Positions 9,370 through 18,386 of a DNA stretch of 64,000 nucleotides are shown in pieces; position 1 is the first letter of the stretch, and the number at the start of each line of letters is the position of its first letter. Position numbers and translations under genes: made by a program. The DNA comes from Nitrososphaeria archaeon (GTDB taxonomy: Archaea > Thermoproteota > Nitrososphaeria > Geothermarchaeales > JDFR-13), in NCBI GenBank assembly GCA_027078545.1, contig JALWXN010000004.1, positions 928,001-992,000 of the forward strand, read 5' to 3'. The notes below the pieces were generated by a model. That model searched no databases and was not told where the DNA came from. It saw nothing but the letters and a program-made list of their open reading frames with translations.

Positions 9370-10228
9370 ATGATACCCCTCGCCCTAATAGTAACGAGTA
9401 TAGCCGGGCCCCCACATGCTACCGCTACATGACGAGGATACATTCTTCAGATATGAAGGATATTTCAGTGTTTATGAACCGCTTGGGGGGTTGTATGACT
9501 TGGATATTAATATTTCCTGGATCGATTTTAAGGGGTCGTTACTCGTGACTGTTGAGAAGAATTTTGTGGACTATGTGGTGTATGGCCTAGTTGTTGAGCC
9601 GTATGAAGAGATCCCTCCTGAGCTGGAGATGTTGATAGGTGTTAAGACTCTCGTAAAGGTCTCTAGGGTGGGTGGGAACATCTATATCGATGGTCAGGAG
9701 CTACCCTTCCTCCTAGTCATAGACATGGACTACATCTCCAACGAGAACCCAGTTTATAACGTATCATTTGACGGCCTCACAAACTATACTATTTCCAACC
9801 TACGGCTGGTGGAGTCGGAAGGGGGGCTGATTCTAGAGACGAATCTCAGCATGCTATCTACGATCGTCCCAATAGGCCATGGATACCCATTCTCAATAAC
9901 TTCACAGGGGAAGTATACCACCCGGATCGGTGTATATTCCCGGTATGGCTATGCAGTGAGTTACTCATATCTCATGATCCCCTTTTTCGAGAAGGGGCTC
10001 GCGATAGACTTTGTTGGTTGGCTCGTAGATACCAATGCTGAGAGGGAGCCCGTGAATATGGTGGCGGTTCTCCTCGAGGGCTACCTTAGGTTCCTGGTGT
10101 TCAGCCTTGGGCCTCTGGGCATCGCGATATACTATGGCACTATGATTCTCGCCGCTGGTCTAGTAGCCGCCTTTGTCTACTGGCTTGTCAGGAGGCTTAG
10201 GTGGGGTTTTGGCGTGGCCGCCACCTAG
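9370..10228 (+). CDS. Exported protein with C-terminal membrane anchor (paralog 2); signal peptide out of frame with the body (frameshift near 9409-9413; ORF proper 9416..10228)
   Basis: Shares PFL.V.D.DY.SN, LVDTN.E, GP.G...YY and the RRLR tail with paralog 1. Hydrophobic leader MIPLALIVTSIAGP lies in a different frame. Confidence 0.7.
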
Positions 10229-11102
10229 ATAGTCTCCTGTCGAACTCCTCGTACTCCTCGTATCCTATTAGTCTGTAGAACTCCCTCCTCTCCATCAGCC
10301 TGTCTAGGAAGGGTTTCTGCGTCCCGTGCTCCCTGAGGGCCTGGTATATCTCCAACGCGTTCTTGGCGTTGGCCCTGAATACGGTGACTGGGAAGACGAC
10401 GAACTTCACCCCTACACTCCTAAATTCCTCGTAGCTGATGTATGGCGTCCTCCCAAACTCCGTCATATTGGCTAGGATGGGTGCGTCGACCTCCTCGACG
10501 AAGACCCTATACTCCTCTAGAGTCTCCAGGGCCTCCGGGAATATTATGTCCGCCCCGGCCTCCACGTATAGCTTGGCCCTCCTCAGAGCCTCCTCCAGCC
10601 CATATACATTCCTCGCATCAGTCCTCGCCACTATCAGGAAGTCCCTACTCCTCCTAGCCTCCACAGCCGCCCTGATCTTCCTGGCCATATCTATAGGGTC
10701 CACCAGCTCCTTCCCGGAGAGGTGTCCACACTTCTTGGGGAGGACCTGGTCCTCGATCTGTATAGCGGCTGCCCCCGCATCCTCCAGCTCCCTCACGGCT
10801 CTAGCAACGTTTAAGACCTCCCCAAAACCTGTGTCGGCATCGACTATCAGTGGGATACCTACGACCTTAGTGATCAGCCTTGTGAAGAATACGAGTTCGG
10901 AGAGGGTGATAAGCCCTAGATCAGGCATGGCTAGGCTCCCGGTCAGGGCAGCCCCGCTCAGATATATAGCCCTATAGCCCACCTTCTCAGCCAGCAGGGC
11001 TGTGAAGGGGTTGTATACACCGGGGACTATATAGGCCTCCCCATCCTCCACCAGCTCCCTCAGAAGCGGCTTTACGTCACCAGTGGGTAGGAGATGCCTC
11101 AT
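10197..11102 (-). CDS. prpB: 2-methylisocitrate lyase
   Basis: KKCGH catalytic loop, VDADTGFG, ANMTEFG. Confidence 0.95.
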   Translation of the reverse strand: MRHLLPTGDVKPLLRELVEDGEAYIVPGVYNPFTALLAEKVGYRAIYLSGAALTGSLAMPDLGLITLSELVFFTRLITKVVGIPLIVDADTGFGEVLNVARAVRELEDAGAAAIQIEDQVLPKKCGHLSGKELVDPIDMARKIRAAVEARRSRDFLIVARTDARNVYGLEEALRRAKLYVEAGADIIFPEALETLEEYRVFVEEVDAPILANMTEFGRTPYISYEEFRSVGVKFVVFPVTVFRANAKNALEIYQALREHGTQKPFLDRLMERREFYRLIGYEEYEEFDRRLSRWRPRQNPT

Positions 11103-11103
11103 A

Positions 11104-12486
11104 CTAGATCACCAGTAGCTCGAGGAGCTCGTAGTAGTTGTGCTTCTCGAAGTTCATCGTGACCTCTATAATCTCCTCTATCACGTCTTCGGGGTAGTAG
11201 GGCCTGAGTAGTCGGAAGACCTTCTCCCTCAGTAGGTCGTCGACGTTGTGGCCGGAGCCTGGGTATCCCCTCGGCCTTGTGACGAGGCTCTCTAGGACGG
11301 TGCCATCCCTAAGCCTGACAACCACCCTGTTCGGCACCTCCCTCGGATAGAGCCTATCGAGCTCCGGGTCGACCTTGACATCCATCTTGGCCATAACCCT
11401 CTTGATATCCTCGTCCCTAAGCTTATCGTCGCTATAGGCGTCTAGCCAGATATCGCCGTGTAGAAGGGTGTATGCCACTATATATGGGAGGCTGTGGTCA
11501 GCCGTCTCCCTATTCTCCGGCCTCCACTTCTCGGGATGCTTAACTATTATGTCGTAGGTAGCCTGCACAGTATAGACCTCCACCCTCTCAATCTCCTCCG
11601 GCCTGAGGGGCCTACCACCAAGGAGCTCGAGCACTGCGTCGACAGCCGACTGGGCGTGATACTCCACCGGGTGGAACTTCATATACGTCCTCAGTATACC
11701 GGTGGGCTCAGGCCTCTCCCTAAGCTCCTTTATAGGGCCCGGGTCGAACTCTATACCCAGCTGGTTAATAAACCCCATCTCACCCGTGAAGGGCTCCGCA
11801 GGCCCCTCATAACCCGCCCTAGCCAGGTATGTCGCGTACATCGCGTGTCTACATGCATCGGCGGCTGCCGAGGCCTTCCACATCGTGATCCTACCCGCAC
11901 GGGTCTGCCTCAGAGCTATGTGGGGGACGGTCGCTATGGCCAATGCCTCTGCAGCCATCTCCTTAGAGAGTTTTAATAGGTTTGAGAGGGCGGCCACAGC
12001 TGCTATCATGGTGAAGTTGACGTGGTCCCACCCCTTCACACGGAGGGAGGCAGAGTCGCATAGACGGACACCCACCTCATAACCAACTGCTATAGCCGTC
12101 AATAGATCGGCCTCCGGACTCCCAGACTCCTCCAACGCGGCAGCCAAGACACCTATCATGTCGCTGGGGTGTAGGGGCTCCTTCGATAGGTAGGTATCGT
12201 TGAAGTCGAGGGCCCGGGTCATGGTGCTGTTTAGGAAGCCGGCATACTCTGGGAGGGTTGTGAAGTGGGTGAACCATATTGTCGAGCCGAGCTCCAAGGG
12301 GTATAGGCCTATGAACGCCTTCCTCAAGACCTGGACGGGCTTGAAGGGTAGAGAGGCTGCCGAGACGGCTATGGAATCTAGGAGGCGCCTCTTAGCCTCC
12401 AGTACAGCCTCTATAGGTATGTCCTCCCAGGATATGCTCGTTGCATACTCCGCGATAGCCTCCTGTATATAGTCGTACCGACTCAT
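11104..12486 (-). CDS. prpD: 2-methylcitrate dehydratase (MmgE/PrpD)
   Basis: LDFNDT...HPSD, GWDH, TADHSLPY motifs; adjacent to prpB; start set at MSRYDY. Confidence 0.92.
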   Translation of the reverse strand: MSRYDYIQEAIAEYATSISWEDIPIEAVLEAKRRLLDSIAVSAASLPFKPVQVLRKAFIGLYPLELGSTIWFTHFTTLPEYAGFLNSTMTRALDFNDTYLSKEPLHPSDMIGVLAAALEESGSPEADLLTAIAVGYEVGVRLCDSASLRVKGWDHVNFTMIAAVAALSNLLKLSKEMAAEALAIATVPHIALRQTRAGRITMWKASAAADACRHAMYATYLARAGYEGPAEPFTGEMGFINQLGIEFDPGPIKELRERPEPTGILRTYMKFHPVEYHAQSAVDAVLELLGGRPLRPEEIERVEVYTVQATYDIIVKHPEKWRPENRETADHSLPYIVAYTLLHGDIWLDAYSDDKLRDEDIKRVMAKMDVKVDPELDRLYPREVPNRVVVRLRDGTVLESLVTRPRGYPGSGHNVDDLLREKVFRLLRPYYPEDVIEEIIEVTMNFEKHNYYELLELLVI

Positions 12487-12562
12487 GTAAACAGAATCCC
12501 AGAGAGCGTTATATGAATAGTGGCTATCGAGGAATATTTGTAAAAGAGGGGGAGAATAGTGG

Positions 12563-13276
12563 CTATGCACTGAGCCCGCTTAGGAACTCGCTGAGCGGGA
12601 CATCCCTCACCTGGGAAGCCCAGCTGGGTACTGGAACGTCACCCGCAAAGGGTTTGAGGCTAACTCTCCCATCCTCCACCTTGAAGACTAGTAGGTCTGG
12701 GATGTATACCGGCTTATCCCTGAGGAGGCCGGCCATAAACGCCATATTGGATGGTATACCCTCAGGACCCATCCTCCCGTTTATCGCTATTATGACCGTC
12801 TCCCCAGGCCTGTATAGCACGTCCGTACTCTTCACAGCCATCTTCCCAGTATCGGGGTCGTAGCCATATGACCAGAGGAAGATGTAGAACCTATCCTCTG
12901 GGAACTCGCCCCTGAGAACCTCCTTCACCTCCAGGAGTACAAGTGTATTCAAACGCTTGACCTCCCGTGAGCCCAGCCTCTCAACAGTTATGTAGGTGCT
13001 CAGCTCCCTAACCTCAGCCAATACGAGGGCTATACCCCTATCATTCAGAAACTCCTCAAGATCCTCTGGGAAGACGTCATGCCTAATCAGCGGCTCCGTA
13101 GTTACCACATACTCGCTTGGTAGGGGGCTCTCACCCAAGGGTCTAGGCCCCTCTCCAGGGACATGTTGATAGACGGTGACGCTGGGAATATCCTGCTGGA
13201 AGAGGGATACGCCCGGGAATAATAGGATCAACGTGACAGTCACTAGGACCACCGCTATAAGTGGGAGGCCCTTCAT
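12563..13276 (-). CDS. N-terminally anchored extracytoplasmic protein, possible OB/TIMP-like fold
   Basis: N-terminal TM; LEVKEVLRG...YRPGETVII pattern. Confidence 0.6.
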   Translation of the reverse strand: MKGLPLIAVVLVTVTLILLFPGVSLFQQDIPSVTVYQHVPGEGPRPLGESPLPSEYVVTTEPLIRHDVFPEDLEEFLNDRGIALVLAEVRELSTYITVERLGSREVKRLNTLVLLEVKEVLRGEFPEDRFYIFLWSYGYDPDTGKMAVKSTDVLYRPGETVIIAINGRMGPEGIPSNMAFMAGLLRDKPVYIPDLLVFKVEDGRVSLKPFAGDVPVPSWASQVRDVPLSEFLSGLSA

Positions 13277-13443
13277 CTAATCCCCATCATGCACCTATTT
13301 CTAGCAAAGTATATTAGTTTAGAGATTTGTACACCGATAATTCTAGGGTAGATCGTTAATGGATGGTTAAGCCATTCCCCAAAACAGTTGTCGACATAGC
13401 CTATACCCCGGAATATATCGCCGGCCTAGGGATGAATATCTAC

Positions 13444-14598
13444 ATGGCGGAGGAGAGGGTGTCTATCTATAGGGGGTTGAAGAACGTCTATGTGGCTGAG
13501 TCGAGGATCTGCCTGATCGACCATGAGAGGGGGAAGATCTACTACTATGGATATGACCTGGATGAGCTGGCCCAGAAGAGTAGTTATGAGGAGGTCCTCT
13601 ACCTACTCCTCCATGGAAGGCTACCCACAAGGAGGGAGTATCAGGAGTTCCTGGATAGGATAAGGGGGTCATTGCGGCTAGAGCCTGAGATCCTAGACGT
13701 TATGAGACGGATCCCAAGGGATATCGATATGATGGAGGCCCTACGAACAGTGGTCTCATACATCGGTAACCTCCGGAGCCGGGATCCGGAGTATACGAGG
13801 GATGATGTAGTGGACTACACCGTCGACCTCGTGGCAAAGATGCCCAGCATAATAGGGGGGCTATACAGGATGTGGAGGGGTTTGGAGCCCCTCGAGCCCA
13901 GGGAGGATCTAAGCCTCGCCGCCAACCTCCTATACCTCATAACCGGGAGGGAGTATGACGAGAGGGATGTTAGGGGCCTAGACATGAGCCTAATCCTCTA
14001 TGCAGAACACGGCATGAACGCATCCACCTTCGCAGCCGTAGTGGTCGCATCAACAGGTAGCGACTACTACTCCTCCATAGTCGCGGGTATAGGGGCGCTG
14101 AGGGGCCCACTACATGGGTACGCCAACACCGGTGCATTGGAGCAGTTCCTAGAGATAGACGACCCCTCAAATGTGGAGAGGTGGTTCAAGGAGAATATCG
14201 AGAGTAGGAGGAGGCGGCTCATAGGGTTTGGCCACAGGCTATACAGGATACACGACCCGAGGGCGAAGCACTACAGGAGGTGGCTAGAGGAGAATAGGGA
14301 GAGGTTTGACGAGGAGACCCGGCGGGTATACGAAACAGCTATGAAGCTATACAACGTGGCTATGAACAGCTTCCTAGCGGAGAAGGGGATATACCCCAAC
14401 TGCGACTACTGGAGCGCACTACTATACTACGCCCTGAAACTCCCAAAGGAGGTCTACACACCAATATTCGCAATGTCACGAATAGCCGGGTGGAGCAGCC
14501 ACATAGCTGAGTACCGAGAGGACAACATACTGATAAGGCCGAAGGCATACTACGTCGGCGAGAGAGACAAAAAGTACGTGCCCCTTGATGAGAGGTAG
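13444..14598 (+). CDS. Citrate/2-methylcitrate synthase
   Basis: EHGMNAST, GPLHG, GFGHRLY, PNCDY motifs. Divergent from prpD/prpB, so probably PrpC-like. Start moved from 13363 to MAEERV. Confidence 0.92.
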   Translation: MAEERVSIYRGLKNVYVAESRICLIDHERGKIYYYGYDLDELAQKSSYEEVLYLLLHGRLPTRREYQEFLDRIRGSLRLEPEILDVMRRIPRDIDMMEALRTVVSYIGNLRSRDPEYTRDDVVDYTVDLVAKMPSIIGGLYRMWRGLEPLEPREDLSLAANLLYLITGREYDERDVRGLDMSLILYAEHGMNASTFAAVVVASTGSDYYSSIVAGIGALRGPLHGYANTGALEQFLEIDDPSNVERWFKENIESRRRRLIGFGHRLYRIHDPRAKHYRRWLEENRERFDEETRRVYETAMKLYNVAMNSFLAEKGIYPNCDYWSALLYYALKLPKEVYTPIFAMSRIAGWSSHIAEYREDNILIRPKAYYVGERDKKYVPLDER

Positions 14599-14602
14599 AC
14601 AG

Positions 14603-15829
14603 TTATAGCTTAACCAAGACTATTTTGGAGGAGCCAATCTGGGCCTTATACAACACTACATATACTTCTCCATTATTCTCAACAAGGCCTAGCAGTCTAT
14701 AGCTCTCACTGATGACCTCGTTGTCAAGCACCCCGCCACCAGGTATCTTCACCAGTGCCAGATAGGTATCGGCGAAACGCTGTCCAACCAGCAGATAATT
14801 ATCACCTCCTATGTGTATCATGCTCGTTATCAGTACTGCCTCCTCAAAGGGACTTGGTAGGATTCCGACTGCCGGGGATAGGGCCTCGAGATCTATGAAC
14901 TGGACCTCGCTACTTTGATCGGCATAGATCACCGTGAAGAATATCTTTCCATCGGCGGCTCCCAGGGGAAGTACGTTTACGACGGGTGTCTCCCCACCCT
15001 GTATAGGGTATTCGAAGACTGTCTTGTTCTCAACTATGTTATACACCATGACCTTGAAGCTGGACCCGTATCTAGTTACCGCGATAAAGTGGTCACCCAC
15101 TACCCTGAACCTTATGGCACTATCAATCCTAGTTAGGAACTTCTTCCCCGAGTCATCCACAAGGTATATCTCGTCATAGGGATATAGGGTCACGACCCTA
15201 ACCAGCAAATCATCACCAAAACGATATAGGCTTATAGGGGAGATACCGAAGTAGTAGGATCCTTCTACGACCAGCTCACCATCTACTAGACGTATAATAC
15301 TAACATTACCATCGACCACAGCGATGATACGATCCTCCACGACAAAGACTCTCGGGAAGGCACCGCCATCCAGTGTAATAGATGCCACTAACTCCCAGTC
15401 AATTCCATATACCCCGATCCATAGCTCGCTCTCCAAGTCGTTTGATATTAGGGCTGGTACCACCACCATATCGTCTAGGAACCGGGGCTCCAGAAATCCC
15501 AGTCTCGAATATTCGAGATGGGTGGGAAAACTCTCTAGAGTGCGGGTATCTACCTGACCATCACGTAGCTCGACGAGTACTGGATACCCCCCGGGTTCAC
15601 CATCCAGACCCACGATATATAGTTTACCGTCAACACTCCCAACGTCGCTTGGGAAATTAAGGGTTTTAACAACGATACTCTCTAGAGTTATCCCCGACAC
15701 GGGAGGCCCAGTAGCTGGTATGCCAGGGAATATTGGGAGCCAGCCCATCAACACTATCAGGATGACTATCAGACCCATGGCCACGAAGGCAGCGATTGGG
15801 AGCCTCCTATACCGATGATTTTCACCCAC
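14603..15829 (-). CDS. Membrane-anchored extracytoplasmic protein, probable beta-propeller
   Basis: N-terminal TM followed by repeated short beta-strand units such as DGKLYIVG, DGKIFFTV and NGEVYVV. Confidence 0.6.
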   Translation of the reverse strand: MGENHRYRRLPIAAFVAMGLIVILIVLMGWLPIFPGIPATGPPVSGITLESIVVKTLNFPSDVGSVDGKLYIVGLDGEPGGYPVLVELRDGQVDTRTLESFPTHLEYSRLGFLEPRFLDDMVVVPALISNDLESELWIGVYGIDWELVASITLDGGAFPRVFVVEDRIIAVVDGNVSIIRLVDGELVVEGSYYFGISPISLYRFGDDLLVRVVTLYPYDEIYLVDDSGKKFLTRIDSAIRFRVVGDHFIAVTRYGSSFKVMVYNIVENKTVFEYPIQGGETPVVNVLPLGAADGKIFFTVIYADQSSEVQFIDLEALSPAVGILPSPFEEAVLITSMIHIGGDNYLLVGQRFADTYLALVKIPGGGVLDNEVISESYRLLGLVENNGEVYVVLYKAQIGSSKIVLVKL

Positions 15830-15964
15830 GCCTATCTTTACCTCCTTACTGAAATTCTATCTCATTAAGGTGTGTAAATAATCTATGCTGATGTTATTGC
15901 TATACCGAATAGTGATGAACCATATTTAAGATCGGCTGTGGATAGGCCAGCAACTCCTAATAAA

Positions 15965-17197
15965 CTATGTGCCTCTTGGCAGTCCTAGTACGTGTCTCGC
16001 TATGTAGTTCAGGGCGAGTTGCTGGGTTACCGGTGCTAGTCTGAGTAGGTTTATCTCTCTCCACCACCGCTCTACATCGAACTCCCTTGCATAGCCGTAG
16101 CCTCCGAAGGTCTGCATAGCCCAGTACACCGCCTCTATCCCCGCCTCTATAGCTACGTACTTCGCTATGTTGCTGTTCCTCCCAACCTCTGATAGGCCTG
16201 TAGACCTCGAGACGACCTCGTCAAAGCTCTTCGGATCCCTCGGCGGGGGCAGCCTGTCATAGGTTGCCGCGGCTCTATATGCTAGGAGGCGTGCCCCCTC
16301 GAGCATGGCGTAGGACCTGGCTAGTGGGTGCTGGACAGCCTGGTAGGAGCCTATTGGCCGGTCGAAGACGACCCTGTTCTTGGCATACTCGACAGCCCTT
16401 GACAAGGCTAGGTATCCGATGGCAACAGCACCTATTGAGAAGCCTATCCTCTCAGGGTTGAGTATGTCGAGGAGGACGTACCAACCAGCGTCGAGTGGGC
16501 CTAGGAGGTTCTCCTCGGGTATCCTTAGATCCTCTATGTAGACCTCGCAGGACTTGCTATAGTTTATCCCATGCTTAGGGATGGGGCTATACCTCACATT
16601 CTTATTCGGCATATCCACTATGAAGAGTGATAGGCCGAGGCTCCTCCTCCCAGCCTCCTCGGGGGTCTTAGTGCGGGCGACGAGTATGAAGGCCCGAGCC
16701 CTATCTATCCCGCTTATGAAGACCTTCCTCCCATTAACGACGTACTCGTCACCCTCCTTCACGGCTGTCGTCTTTATCGATAATGTGTTTGACCCTACGT
16801 CCGGCTCGGTAAGGGCTAGGGCCCCCTCGATCCTCCCCTCCGCTATGCCTGGGAGATACTTCTCCTTCTGCTCCTTAGTACCGAACCTAGCTATGGGCAG
16901 TGCCAGGAATATCTCGGTAAGCATTATGTACCATACACCGGCCATCCCCGCACCTCCCCTCACGAGGCCCTCTATAGCGACGGCCAGCTCCTCCAGTCCA
17001 TAGCCGCTCCCCCCATACTCCTGGGGTATAACGATACCCATGAACCCCTGCTCGGCTATCGCCCTGAAGAACTCCTCCGCAAACTCCTCCCTAAGATCCT
17101 TCTCCCTCCAGTACTCGGGTGGGAACTGGCTTGAGACCTCGTAGGCCGTCCTGTATATAAGCTCCTTATCCCCTGATAGGTCGGGAGGTATCTCCAT
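15965..17197 (-). CDS. Acyl-CoA dehydrogenase
   Basis: ALTEPDVGS, VNGRKVFIS, RVVFDRPIGSYQ, QTFGGYGY. Confidence 0.93.
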   Translation of the reverse strand: MEIPPDLSGDKELIYRTAYEVSSQFPPEYWREKDLREEFAEEFFRAIAEQGFMGIVIPQEYGGSGYGLEELAVAIEGLVRGGAGMAGVWYIMLTEIFLALPIARFGTKEQKEKYLPGIAEGRIEGALALTEPDVGSNTLSIKTTAVKEGDEYVVNGRKVFISGIDRARAFILVARTKTPEEAGRRSLGLSLFIVDMPNKNVRYSPIPKHGINYSKSCEVYIEDLRIPEENLLGPLDAGWYVLLDILNPERIGFSIGAVAIGYLALSRAVEYAKNRVVFDRPIGSYQAVQHPLARSYAMLEGARLLAYRAAATYDRLPPPRDPKSFDEVVSRSTGLSEVGRNSNIAKYVAIEAGIEAVYWAMQTFGGYGYAREFDVERWWREINLLRLAPVTQQLALNYIARHVLGLPRGT

Positions 17198-17230
17198 AGG
17201 AGACTATATCCAGCCCGGATGATTTAAGCC

Positions 17231-17554
17231 CTAGGGGGCGAGGGCGAGTAGGAGTAGCTGATAAGCCACAAACAATATGGTCAGGGGGATCAAGAGATAC
17301 TTAAGACTCTCTAAGATACCCCTGTACTCCCTCATGGCTAGGAATGCTAGGTATGCCCCAACACCCAGGAGGAATATCATGACGAGTATATCCCCATCGA
17401 CCCCAAAAGTATCCATGACCCACCTCCCGAAGAGGGTATATATGATGAATAGTATGGAGAAGTGGACGGCCAGCATAGCGCCCTTCCTAGCCCCACCAGC
17501 CTCTGAACCCCTATAGATGGTTATCCACCCCCTGGGAGCCCCAACAATATACAT
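17231..17554 (-). CDS. Small membrane protein (3 TM)
   Basis: Three hydrophobic helices; TTATAT about 22 nt upstream of ATG 17554 suggests a leaderless start. Confidence 0.55.
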   Translation of the reverse strand: MYIVGAPRGWITIYRGSEAGGARKGAMLAVHFSILFIIYTLFGRWVMDTFGVDGDILVMIFLLGVGAYLAFLAMREYRGILESLKYLLIPLTILFVAYQLLLLALAP

Positions 17555-17732
17555 TGTACAATTTAGATGTGGATATAAGGCCCCAGCACCCAACTATATA
17601 GCCGTTGACCAAAGACCGTCTATGGATGGCTCACCACACTCTGATTAGACGGTTTCCGGATAGAAAAGGGTAGCTTGATACTGGTGACTCTAAATATGTA
17701 TGTGGTGGATAGGATGATCAGGGTGGGTCTCC

Positions 17733-17897
17733 ATGATGATCCAGATTAGTTTCGACGATGAGGCGAATGCACTATATGTAAAGTTGAGGGAGGATGCTGT
17801 TGAAGAGTCTAGGGAGGTCGCTCCAGGAGTCATAATAGACTTTAATAGGGAGGGGAGGGTTGTCGGTATAGAGGTTCTGAGGGATATAAGTGGGTAA
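17733..17897 (+). CDS. DUF2283-family small protein (54 aa, not in the ORF track)
   Basis: Hand translation MMIQISFDDEANALYVKLREDAVEESREVAPGVIIDFNREGRVVGIEVLRDISG matches the DUF2283 pattern (D..A.ALY...ID....G.VVGIE.L). Confidence 0.85.
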   Translation: MMIQISFDDEANALYVKLREDAVEESREVAPGVIIDFNREGRVVGIEVLRDISG

Positions 17898-17927
17898 CGC
17901 CTCGGCTCCCGATGGCTGGTAAGCGCT

Positions 17928-18380
17928 CTATACTGGGATTATCGCTACATAGTGATACCCCTCAGGCTCCCTCTGCCTAACCTCGAGCCTCACCTCAATA
18001 TCCGGCTTCAGTGAGTCGAAATCACCCTCCACTAGGCCTAAGACCTTGAAGCCGTCGATCTCGGCTACGCCCACTATGTAGTCTGGGTAGTGGCTATGTG
18101 TCTTCGGCTTAACATTTATCTCAGTATATGTCACAAGCCTGCCCACCCCCTCTATCCTCCTCTCCTCCAGATCCCTAGAGCCGCAGCTCCTACATATGGG
18201 GCCGGGTGGGTACTGCCTATACCCACAGGCCCTACATATCTGTCCAAGTATTACGCCCTCCTCCAGCATCCTATAATACTTCTCCAGGCCGCCTAGTGAG
18301 CTCCTCAGGCTCAGTGGGAAGACCCTCTGATCCTCGAGGACCGGCATACCAGTCTTCTCATCCCTTGATATCCTACCCAT
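17928..18380 (-). CDS. DUF35 Zn-ribbon/OB-fold thiolase partner
   Basis: CRAC...PP...CRSCGS followed by an OB fold; directly downstream of the thiolase. Confidence 0.9.
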   Translation of the reverse strand: MGRISRDEKTGMPVLEDQRVFPLSLRSSLGGLEKYYRMLEEGVILGQICRACGYRQYPPGPICRSCGSRDLEERRIEGVGRLVTYTEINVKPKTHSHYPDYIVGVAEIDGFKVLGLVEGDFDSLKPDIEVRLEVRQREPEGYHYVAIIPV

Positions 18381-18386
18381 AACGCC

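Noticed and set aside
15885-15945. Possible C/D sRNA (CTGATGT...CCGA...GTGATGA)
   Set aside because: No proper terminal D box, and the AT-rich guides have no recognisable target.
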